This document shows positions 53,422 to 64,000 of a DNA stretch of 64,000 nucleotides, piece by piece; within the stretch, counting starts at the first letter, position 1, and every line of letters starts with the position of its first letter. Under the pieces are notes generated by a model that was not told where the DNA came from, searched no databases, and was given only the letters and a program-made list of their open reading frames with translations. The stretch comes from Octopus sinensis. Its lineage: Eukaryota. The position numbers and the translations under genes are program-made. Location of the stretch: NCBI RefSeq assembly GCF_006345805.1, contig NC_042998.1:186124001-186188000 (forward strand). Reading direction: 5' to 3'.

Positions 53422-53890
53422 AAAATATGGAATAGCTATGATAGAAACACCTTTGATCATTGGGTTGCTTGATTAAGATTGACTCAAAGACAAACAAAAA
53501 CAACAGCACTGCAGGGATGATGAGAGTTTTGTTGGTTTGTATGCTGAATTTATTTCTCTTGTGGATGTAGTTTAGAGAGGATGTAATTCCTCCTGTTTGA
53601 CTTATTCTACATACATTACACTGGAGAAAATCTGTGGTACATCCAGGGCCATCTTAGAAGCATAATGAACTCCCTCCCCCACTACCACCGCCACCAGCAA
53701 ATCAATACACTGGATCCAATAGTATTTATTTATTGGCTGCAAGCCACAACATACATAGATCTGAATTGGGCCCCAGTGTACCCATGTTTTAAGGCAGCAC
53801 TGGGTACTTCTAATCATCTCTCCATGATGAAGGTTTAAAATATACAAACAACTTAGATTAACAACAGGTATTATTTACCATCAGTAAATA

Positions 53891-54308
53891 AGGTGGTGAG
53901 CTGGCAGAATCATTAGCATGCCAGGCGAAATGCTTAGTGGTATTTCGTCTGCCACTACGTTCTGAGTTCAAATTCCGCCGAGGTCGACTTTGCCTTTCAT
54001 CATTTCGGGGTCAATTAAATAAGTACCAGTTATGCACTGGGGTCGATATAATCAACATAATACGTTTGTCTGACCTTGTTTGTCCTCTCTTTGTTTAGCC
54101 ACTTGTGGGTAGTAAAGAAATAGGTACTTCGTCTGCCGCTACATTCTGAGTTCAAATTCCGCCGAGGTCGACTTTACCTTTCATCCTTTCGGGGGTTGAT
54201 TAAATAAGTACCAGTTACGCACTGGGGTCGATGTAATCGACTTAATCCATTTGTCTGTCCTTGTTAGTCCCCTCTGTGTGTAGCCCCTTGTGGGCAGTGA
54301 AGAAATAA
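53891..54308 (+). mobile_element. SINE family A dimer
   Basis: Second unit restarts at ggtacttcgtctg. Confidence 0.88.
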
Positions 54309-54513
54309 GAAACAGCTTGACATAAAGGGATTAAGCATACTGTCTGGCATGATGAAATCTAACAAAGTAACATTAAACGACTGCCTTGTCTATTTTTGTT
54401 CCTTCTAATGGCTATTTGTGTAATTTTACAATGTAATATGATTTAGTTAGATTTGGTACAAAGTTTCTTCCATTATCCATTATTTTGGGATTTCTTTTAG
54501 AAATATTCATATA

Positions 54514-54909
54514 GGCGCAGGAGTGGCTGTGTGGTAAGTAGCTTGCTAACCAACCACATGGTTCCAGGTTCAGTCCCACTGCGTGGCATCTTGGGCAAGT
54601 GTCTTCTGCTATAGCCCCGGGCCGACCAATGCCTTGTGAGTGGATTTGGTAGACGAAAACTGAAAGAAGCCTGTCGTATATATGTATATGTATGTGTTTG
54701 TGTATCTGAGTTTGTACCCCTAGCATTGCTTGACAACCGATGCTGGTGTGTTTACGTACCCGTCACTTAGCGGTTCGGCAAAAGAGACCGATAGAATAAG
54801 TACTGGGCTTACAAAGAATAAGTCCCGGGGTTGATTTGCTCGACTAAAGGCGGTGCTCCAGCATGGCCACAGTCAAATGACTGAAACATGTAAAAGAGTA
54901 AAAGAGTAA
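54514..54909 (+). mobile_element. SINE family B
   Basis: Homologous to 18615-19010. Confidence 0.9.
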
Positions 54910-55256
54910 ATATCCTTTCTTGTTTCCTTGGAGTATCTCTATTTGTAAAGCATAACACTCAAGGTGTTTCTTATATATAAAAGTTTCCATATTAACATTT
55001 TAACAGATCATCGATTAATGTGTTATTTCAGCTGTTGTGTTATGTCATTAGTTCAGCCTTTTAAAGTACAGTAGCTTTTCTGTATGAGATAAACTAATGT
55101 GAGTGACTGCTTAAGTACTGTCTTCTGTTAACAATGGTTATATATTGAATTTGCTTACAACTGATAAAGGACACAGATTGACAGTAAAAGCTAATAAGAT
55201 TAATTCTCATAGTCTTTTGCTTCACTTGTGAATAAAAGTAAACAGAATGTATAGAG

Positions 55257-55259
55257 CTA

Positions 55260-55307
<48 letters not shown>

Positions 55308-55317
55308 CCTTCTTCTT

Positions 55318-55348
<31 letters not shown>

Positions 55349-55354
55349 TTCTTC

Positions 55355-55413
<59 letters not shown>

Positions 55414-55415
55414 AA
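55257..55415. repeat. Compound microsatellite (TTA)n-(TTC)n-(TTA)n
   Basis: Directly visible. Confidence 0.95.
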
Positions 55416-57892
55416 TAATCTGGAATAACAGGAAGGAAAAAAGAAACTGTTTTTACTGTATAAGAAGGTGAAATGTAATTTGAGGAAGACTTGGATTGTA
55501 AACAAATGTTTATGATATCGCTGTGCAAAGTTTATTCAAGAAACTAACTCTAATGGAAAAGTGCATTTTCTTAAACACCTTTTCTGCATTACTGTAACAG
55601 TAAAAAATTGTTTGCTACTGCTCGTTACACTGTTGTCATTGCTTTTTATCTAATTTATGCTCTTTTTTAATTCTCAGTTATACAGTGCCTATTACATTCA
55701 ATAGAGTTTAGAATAATTTTCCTCAGATATGTAGTAAATTACTTCAGTACAGAGTGGAAATATTAATGTAATTAATGCATTCACACGAGTGCATGTATTA
55801 AAGCAGTTAGCTCATTCGGGTAGGTTTACATATTGGATCATTTAGGGCAAAAATTTCTGTTGTAACACAAGATGTATTGTAAACAAGCATACTGCCATTC
55901 ACCTTAGGATAAGGCATTTGATGAATTGCATCTCTTGGACAGATTTATTTAGCAAGGAGAACAGGGGAAAATCCTTTTTGAAGAATGAATTTAAAATTTA
56001 TAAACTTTTTATAAAGTTAAAAGAAATAGTCAATCAACAAAGGTATTTGATATGTAATGATGTCTATTTAGTGATATTTATTAATTGTTGTTGTTGAAAT
56101 TTAGTAAGCCTAAAGAAGGAGAAGATGGTAATTTTTTCCTTCATTACTTACCTACAAGAATTAGTCATGTAAATAAAGTAAAAATACTACAATTCGGAAC
56201 AGAAACCAAACTTTACTTCATAATTTTTATGCTGGTTTATCCATACTGGTATGGGTTAGGCAAAACTTGTTGAGGCAGAATTTCTTCAGCCAGCTGCTCC
56301 TCCTGTCACCATCTCTTATTTTAAGTAAAGTATTTTAATTTCACTGGTTCTCACACATTGAAAGTGAAGGTGCTGGTACTATGGATCTTTTGCTGACCAA
56401 AAGATGTAAACAAAGACAATGTTTTCCTATCAAGTGGTATTAATGTGGTCATATGAAAATGACATTCACAGAGGAACTTTTCTGGGGTTTTATCATGACT
56501 CTGAGTGATTTAGCAAAATAAAATATTTCAAGAAGATACTTAAACTTTTCAAAACAATCAATGAGGGAACGTTAATCTTTTGATTTCAACCAGCTTAGTT
56601 TAATTTGCATTTGTAAGCATTTAAGTTGACGATTAAAAATAACATCGTTGAAACCATATGAGTTCTTGTAGAGATTTGTTGATTCCATCTTATCCCAGAG
56701 TAATGTATATTGAATTCACTTCAGTTTGCTGGTGAATCCAAATCTACCAGGCATGGATTAATACCCAAGATCCAAAGTAGTGTGGAGAAATGTTACACTT
56801 ATCCCATTTCTTCCCTCCCCACTTTCGGAACTATATTAAAGCCACCTTGAGCATAATCCTATGAACCCGGAAAAATTTAAAACAGAGAGTTACTTACTTG
56901 CAAATGTGTTGACATGTGACATCATTGACTGAGGTTACCGTTGTCTTTTCCATAGGCTTTTCTTTCCATGGATAAACCTCATCTGCTTCCCCCTTTACAC
57001 TTTACATCATGTCATTTCTGTGATACACGATCCCTATTGATCGTTTTTTTTCTCTCTTTTTACAATCACTTTTGATCAAAAACCTACCCATTTTTATTTT
57101 TTATTTTTATTTTATTTTTTTTCTCCCCAAAAAGAACAGCTCTACTTTGTAATTTGTCCCCTCTGTGTTCAGCCCTGTGTGGCTAATAAAGAAACATATA
57201 TTGCTCAGAAATTCCCTTCCTGCTCTCATTTCTTGGTTAACATCAACTAACAAAAGTTCTAGCTGATCATTAACTATATTGATGTTACCAATCTGACATG
57301 GTCTGCTTAGATGCATACACTGATTGTCTTCCCCATTCAAGCTATGAAAATCATTATGTTTACATGATTGCATTGACTGTATTCAAACACAGAAACAAGT
57401 AAACTCTATCTCATTAAACGGTAGAGGTTATTGTCCTTCTATAAAACATTAAGAAGGAAATTGTTTCTGAGCTTGATTGCATGGCATCTACCAGAGAGGA
57501 ATAGCCTGCAGTTTGGATGGCTATTGTCTGAAAGCAAAATTTTTATTGCTGAAAACTGTAAACAAAGATCATACCTATATTTTAATCAATATACTTTAGA
57601 AATAATTCAATTCAGATATAAAGAATTCTAATATAATCTAATTAGTTATCATTTCTTGAGTGAAGAATGAACGGATATCCAGTATTTCATTCAATTGTAG
57701 AATCTATCTTCAACAATACATGTAAATATTTGGGGGGTTTTTTGTTTTTGTTTTTTCAGAACTATCAAATTCTTACATTCTAAGTTAATTAACTAACCTA
57801 AGTTTGTTTTCCTTAGAATTCTGTTCTAGTCTTTTGATATAATTTTGGTTTAATCTTCAACACTTTTTCCTTTTCCGTTTTGTAATTTACAG

Positions 57893-57991
57893 GTAGTTGT
57901 TGGAGATAAAGTAATTTTAAATCCTGTCAATGCTGATCAACCATTGCATGCAAGCAATTATAACCTGATTGATAATGTTGCATGCAAAGAG
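57893..57991 (+). CDS. ITPR: IP3 receptor exon D (99 nt): [33 protein letters not shown]
   Basis: Matches ITPR1 [33 protein letters not shown]. Acceptor ttttgtaatttacag|GTA, donor GAG|gtaagc. Confidence 0.96.
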
Positions 57992-58971
57992 GTAAGCACA
58001 TACGTTTCCTTTCATAGAAGAAAATCTCTTCTTTCTAAAATTATTGCACATATTTTTACAGCTACAAAGGTATCTTAGTATTTTATGTAGCATCATATAT
58101 TTAAATTTTAGCATAATTTTTTTTTATAGCTGTAACATTTCACTCTGAATTCTACTAATATTTAATGAAACATTAAAAAAAAGGAACATTGGAATTTGAA
58201 GCCTGTATTTTTAGTTATCTACATTTTAATAATAAATGTCTCAAACAGATTTGTTATGTTTAAGCACAGTTTGGTCAACCAGTCACTTTTATTAAATAAA
58301 TAAACCTAAAAAATCACAGAGCAGAGAGAAGTATAAATAACCTGTTATATTATGAACTCCATTCATTTTAAAGAATATGGAAACCATTCCACCTATCTAT
58401 TTCAAAAGGATGTTTGTTGATAAACTACTTAAATATTTACCAATCATAATTCCTATTATCTCAGTTCGTCTCATCCCATTGTGTAAATTATTGATGCGGG
58501 TTTGGTAAGAGTTTTAAAAAGATTATGTTGTTCATATATAATTGAATTTCCTTTCTATATGTAAATAACTTTTGAACTGATTTTTACTGGCTCAGCATAA
58601 GATTATAATCAACTTTATTGAATTGTAAATGAAAGTGTTCTTTATGCTCTGTGGTAGACCTAAACATTTTTTGTCTTGAAAATATAGAATGGTTTCTTGA
58701 AATTAATACTTTTACACCTGATGTTTATTGTAAACATTCCTTTCTCTTGGTAAATGCCTTGACTTAATTTGTTAAGAAATTTTACACTTCAAGCAGATCT
58801 ACTTCATAACAATTTTGTTCATTATTTATATTAACTAGAATTTTAGCATATTCTTCAAGTTCATACATCATAGTTTCTCCTTACATACAATGAACCAAAA
58901 AGTTAACATATTTGTAGGGAAGTGGCATATTATTATTCAGATACACTCACACATGTGCACAGACATGCATG

Positions 58972-59277
58972 TTGTTGTTTGTTCCTTCTCGAGCCATGCC
59001 TGATTCATAAGGGCCAGTTTCCCGGTTTCTTGGCATATAGGTTCCCCACCTGGACGGAACGCTGGTCCATCGCAGGTGATCTGCAAGATGCAGTAGGAAA
59101 GAGTGAGAGAAAGTTGTGGCAAAAGAGTCAGCAGAAGTTTCGCCATTACCTTCTGCCGGAGCCGCGTGGAGCTTAGGTGTTTCGCTCATAAACACACACA
59201 TCGTCTGGTCTGAGATTCGAACCCTCGATCCCTCGACCGCGAGTCCGCTGCTCTAACCACTAGGCCATGTGCCTCCA
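58972..59277 (-). mobile_element. SINE family D variant with an (AAC)n tail
   Basis: 14 bp TSD cacagacatgcatg at 58958-58971 and 59278-59291. Confidence 0.88.
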
Positions 59278-60305
59278 CACAGACATGCATGCACATACAA
59301 GTACATATAATCTTAGATGTATGAGTTCATATGCATATATTCTTATATTCATGTTTGTTTTCAACCATTAGAAGTTGAATATGTCTATAATGCTAACACA
59401 AATTGAATGTTCTTGATCATGTTCAAAACTCTTTTGGATAAGTCCTAACTACTACTTCTTTAATTCTCTTTTGGTTATTGTCCGTTTATGTGTCTGTTTC
59501 TATTTGACTGCCTGCCGGTGTGTGTGTGGTGGTGGTGGTGGGGGGTTATTGTGTGTGTGGGTGGTATGTGTCTGAGACTAAATCTCTGTTACTCAATACA
59601 TAGCTTGCCAGGTCTGTTCAATCAAGATCCCACTGCTTCAAGTAAATCAGATTTAAGCATTAGAAAAGCTAATCTTAAAACCAATATTAGTGATGTTGAT
59701 AAGTGATGATTTCATTGATAACAATGATGTTGTAACTACTGTTGATGATGATGATGATGGTGATGGTGATGGTGATGATGGTGATGGTGATGATGGCAGT
59801 AATAATAGCAGCACGTGATATATGAATAAATTTTTTTTTTAATTGTTTCAATATGCCAACCAAAATATTTCTTAGGCAGTATTAACATTCCTTAAACATT
59901 ATTTGAATTTCATCTACTGTGACATTTTGTGGGGAGAGTGGGAGAGACTGCATGCAGAAACAAATGAAAACAGGTTCGTAGACACACAGACAGACATTCG
60001 TGGAATGGATCTATAAATGCCCAATTGATCATGGGATGTTACTGTGGCTGTGGGGTTAAGAAGCTTGCTTCCCAACCATGTGGTCTCTAGTTCAATCTCA
60101 CTGCATGGCAACTTGAGTAAGTGTCTTCAACTATAACTTCTTGCCGACAAAATCCTTGTGAGTGGATTTGATAGATGGAAAGGGGAAGAAGCCTGTTGTG
60201 TGTGTGTGTGTGTGTGTATGGGGGTGGGGTGAGATGTACCTGTCATGACATCAAATGATGGTTGCAATTAAGTATCACTGTCATGCAAGCAATGTTGTTC
60301 TTTTA

Positions 60306-62030
60306 CAGCATGGGTCACCAAACACGTCAATTTGTCCGGCCCACCAACGTATGCTGTAAAAAAATAAACATGCTTTATACTGCTTCTAACACTTCTTAGA
60401 TTACGCATGTCGTATGTATACTGATGCGGTCACGTCATGTGCAATGTATTTCATGCGCCATAATAATTACTAAAGTACATCATGTGTGCCTTGGACTATT
60501 CAGTTATTAGTGATTACAATTAAAATGAGAATATCTGATGCCGAGACCTAAGACTGGTTTTGTTTTTTTCTTCACCCATTGTTATGGCTACTAAAAAGAG
60601 AAAGGTTGATGATGAATGTCACATTTTCAATAAAGAAGGGGGAGAAAAGTACCTCTTTGGGGAAACAAACGACCAGAAAGCTAGTTGCCTGATATGCAAT
60701 GAAAGTGTTGCTGTTATGAATGAGTACAATATTCGTTGTCACTACAAAGCAAAACATCCCTCAACACATTCTAAATATTCTGGAAAATTGCAGTCCGAGA
60801 AATTTGAATCTATGAAATATAGTTTGGAATCTCAAAGAAATTTCTTTACGAAAATATTTGTTGAAAATGAATCTATCACTCATGTAAGTTGTAAAATAGT
60901 GAATAAGTTTGCAAAGCGAGGAAAACCATTTACTGACGGAAACTTTATTAAAGAGTGCTTGATGATGGAAGCAGCAAATGACTTGTGTCCTGAAAAAGCT
61001 AACATGTTTGGCTGTATCAGCCTTTTAGCAAGTTCAGTCATGCAGAGAATAGAACTTGGAGAGAATATACAGTTACAGACACATGAGAAAGCTAAGAAAT
61101 TTTTGTGGTATTCTCTTGCAATGGATGAGTCTACTGATCTCTCTAGTATGTCACAATGTCTTGTGTTCATTCATGGTATTAATTGCAAAAGAAGGCGGCG
61201 AGCTAGCAGAAACGTTAGCATGCCGGGCAAAATGCTTTGTGGTATTTCGTCTGCTGCTACGTTCTGAGTTCAAATTCCGCCGAGGTCGACTTTGCCTTTC
61301 ATCCTTTCGGGGTCGATTAAATAAGTACCAGTTATGCACTGGGGTCCATATAATCGACTTAATCCATTTGTCTGTCCTTGTTTGTCCTCTCTGTGTTTAG
61401 CTCCTTGTGGGTAGTAAAGAAATAGGTATTAATTGTAACTTTGAGATTATAGAAGAAATGGCATCCGTATGCAGTATACATGGAACAACAACTGGAGAAA
61501 GTATTTTCATAGAGGTGCAGAAAACTTTGCAAAACTATAACCCTCAGTGGAATCAGCTTCAGTGTGTTACAGTCGATGGGGGAAAAAACATGGCAGGAGT
61601 AAGGAGGGGTTTGGTAGGGCGGATCCAGACCAAGTTGGAGGAGCTTCAACTTCTAAAAGCTCTGTTTATACACTGCATTATACATCAGCAAGCACTGTGG
61701 AAAACACTAAGATATTTCTTGTTACACCTGTGATGAACTTTATTCGGAATCATGGGCTTAATCACCGACAGTTCCAGGCCTTCCTTGAAGAAATGGATTC
61801 TAATTTCTGTGACTTGTCTTACTACACAGAAGTGAGATGGCTCAGTTACAGTAAAGTCCTGTTTCATTTTCATAAGCTCCAAAGAGAAATAGATCTTTTT
61901 CTCACTGAAAAGAATAGAGCTGATCCACAGCTGTCAGATCCTTCATGGTTATCAAAGTTGTCGTTTTTAGTTGACGTCACTTCTCATATGAATGAATTGA
62001 GCTTAAAACTGCAAGGAAAGAATAACCATA
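60306..62030 (+). mobile_element. hAT transposon, SPIN/Buster (GTF2IRD2/ZBED5-like) transposase, SINE-interrupted, 3'-truncated
   Basis: ATG at 60584: MATKKRKVDDEC..CLICNE..HYKAKH (BED finger), YSLAMDESTD, VTVDGGKNM, HCIIHQQAL, YYTEVRWLS; left end cagcatgggtcaccaaac. Confidence 0.92.
61186..61424 (+). mobile_element. SINE family A monomer inside the hAT transposase
   Basis: 11 bp TSD ggtattaattg at 61175-61185 and 61425-61435. Confidence 0.92.
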
Positions 62031-62041
62031 TGTGTGTGGTG

Positions 62042-62080
<39 letters not shown>

Positions 62081-62470
62081 ATGTATGTATGTATGTATGT
62101 ATGTATTTGTTTGTTTGTGAGTGTGTAGTCACAAATGTACATACATAGACACACACAGATATGTATACCATGGGTTTCTAGACTTCTATGCAGTTTCTGT
62201 TGACCAAATTCCCCTCTGAAGGCCAATCAGCTAAAGGCTACAATAGAAAACATCTACCCAATGAGCCATGCAATGGGATCGGACTCAGAACCCCATGGAT
62301 CGGAAGCAAACATTTTAACTTCACGACTATGTTCCCCACCCTACTGAGTTTTACTGGTTTACTTAATGGTCTATTTATGATAAACTGTTTTCTCCCTCAT
62401 TTCACATTGCATAAATATAGCTGTTAGAAAGTTCAGATGTGAAAACTTCATTATAATAAAACAAAAAATT

Positions 62471-62476
62471 ATTGAA

Positions 62477-62507
<31 letters not shown>

Positions 62508-62519
62508 AATGGAAATTGA

Positions 62520-62553
<34 letters not shown>

Positions 62554-62636
62554 TGGAAATTGAAATAATAATAATAATAATAATAATAAAATGGAAATTG
62601 AAATAATAATAATAATAATAATAAAATGGAAATTGA

Positions 62637-62666
<30 letters not shown>
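62471..62666. repeat. Compound minisatellite [AAAATGGAAATTGAAAT(AAT)n] x4
   Basis: Directly visible; abuts the 5' junction of an RTE fragment. Confidence 0.9.
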
Positions 62667-62668
<2 letters not shown>

Positions 62669-63045
62669 GTAAAAAGCACCATCCGAACGTGGCCGATGCC
62701 AGTGCCGCGTTGTCTGGCTTCCGTGCCGGAGGCACGTAAAAAGCACCATCCGAATGTGGCCAATGCCAGCGCCGCGTTGACTGGCTTCCGTGCCGGTGGC
62801 ACGTAAAAAGCACCAACTGATTGTGGCCATTGTCAGCCTCCCCTGGCACCTGTGTCGGCGGCATGTAAAAAGCACCCACTACACTCATGGAGTGGTTGGC
62901 GTTAGGAAGGGCATCCAGCTGTAGAAACACTGCCAGATCAGACTGGAGCCTGGTGCAGCCTCCTGGCTTCATAGATCCTGGTCGAACCGTCCAACCCATG
63001 CTAGCATGGAAAGCGGACGTTAAACGATGATGATGATGATGATGA
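62667..63045 (+). mobile_element. RTE LINE 3' end with four subunit motifs and a (GAT)n tail
   Basis: cgtaaaaagcacc four times, ending gcggacgttaaacgatgatgatg. Confidence 0.88.
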
Positions 63046-64000
63046 GGATAATAAATCTTTCAAATGTTTCTATATCTACTTTATGTGGTTCAGCATGAAA
63101 TAGTGAGAGGTAGGTCTTTCACTCTTTAGACCACTAATCTTTTTAACTGAAACTGGATCCAGCAGTCAGAACACTGTCATAAAACCATGTAACTGTAATT
63201 ACATAGTAGGAGGCTTGTAAAGTATGCCACACACTATGTAACTATAAACTATAAGAGATTGTTTGAGAAGAGAGACTGTGTGTGTGTGTGTGTGTTAGAC
63301 ATGTGCCATACTCTATAAATGGTCTGTGCTTAAAACAATGGAACTGTGTTAATTTCTTTTTATATATTCTCACTATGGGAAAATATATAAAATCTCTTTG
63401 GAAGAGTAATATCATTTAATGGGTATCTCATTAAGAGCATTCTTTGTTATTAGTGGTAATTTGCCATGTTTACATTAAAGTTTCTAGTTAACCAGTTTTC
63501 CTAATTTCCACAGGATTTACACACTTAATCATATCTCAATTATTAATATTTCTGTTTTTTATAAATCTCTCTCTCCCCCTCTCCTTCTCTCTCTCTACAC
63601 ACACACACCATGAAGTTAACTCTCCTTTGACCATCTGTGTAGCTAGCTGATATGAAGCATCTTGTTTCTTCCTCCTGTCATTTGATTTATTTTTATAAAA
63701 ACTAATTGTTTTCAAAGATGTTTGGGTTTTTTTCCCACCCCACCATAACTTTAGGGAAAACAAAATCTGTCATTAAATTCTAAAAATCATCTATACGATA
63801 TTTCATTTTTGTATTTGGTTTGCAAGACTTTTGATGTAAACTCATGTGTTGAAACATATTTTGTTGTACTTTGGGAGGGTTATTATCATAATAAATACAA
63901 GCACTGGTACTATTTCACTTCTTTTATTCATTACTTGCTTTGCCATTTAACCAATTAAATGATCAATTGTTTATTTAGTTGTTTGGTCATTCGATCCGTT

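Larger units (their letters stand above)
1..64000 (+). other. ITPR: Whole window lies inside the ITPR transcription unit; introns 8588-42785, 42873-49452, 49612-57892 plus partial flanking introns
   Basis: Exon A starts mid-codon and exon D ends at a donor. I did not find the preceding LVDDRC..KKFR exon or the following VNSVN exon in the window. Confidence 0.9.

Noticed and set aside
57935-57937. GAT (Asp) where human ITPR1 has Gly (NAGQ): possible A-to-I restorative recoding site
   Set aside because: I recall Asp at this position in the Drosophila receptor too, and a 5' G neighbour is disfavoured by ADAR; there is no RNA evidence here.

Overview
Eukaryotic, AT-rich, repeat-dense genomic DNA. 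The SINE/LINE repertoire suggests a coleoid cephalopod, probably Octopus; this is an inference, not searched. The only host protein-coding sequence is four short + strand exons of an inositol 1,4,5-trisphosphate receptor (ITPR/IP3R) gene: 8475-8587, 42786-42872, 49453-49611 and 57893-57991. All have canonical AG/GT boundaries and splice in frame into the N-terminal suppressor domain (about human ITPR1 D55-E208). The ORF track misses all four. The remainder is intron (34.2, 6.6 and 8.3 kb, plus partial introns at both window ends) filled with transposable elements. These include an RTE LINE (one 1.7 kb piece and about a dozen 3' ends), at least three tRNA-headed SINE families, a full-length DD37D (maT) element, Tc1 and mariner relics, a SPIN/Buster-type hAT transposase and its derivatives, a Penelope GIY-YIG fragment, several Helitron-type elements, MITEs and many microsatellites. 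The most unusual structures are a Helitron inserted head-to-head into the 5' tip of a sister copy (535 bp near-perfect hairpin, 33926-34460), a PHD-finger-like module inside the RTE reverse transcriptase, dimeric SINEs whose target sites mimic their own dimer junction, a MITE with a 6 bp TSD and telomere-like repeats, and several long foldbacks in the ITPR pre-mRNA. There are no CRISPR, rRNA or genuine tRNA genes. No convincing wholly new gene system was seen; the novelty candidates are TE-architecture observations.
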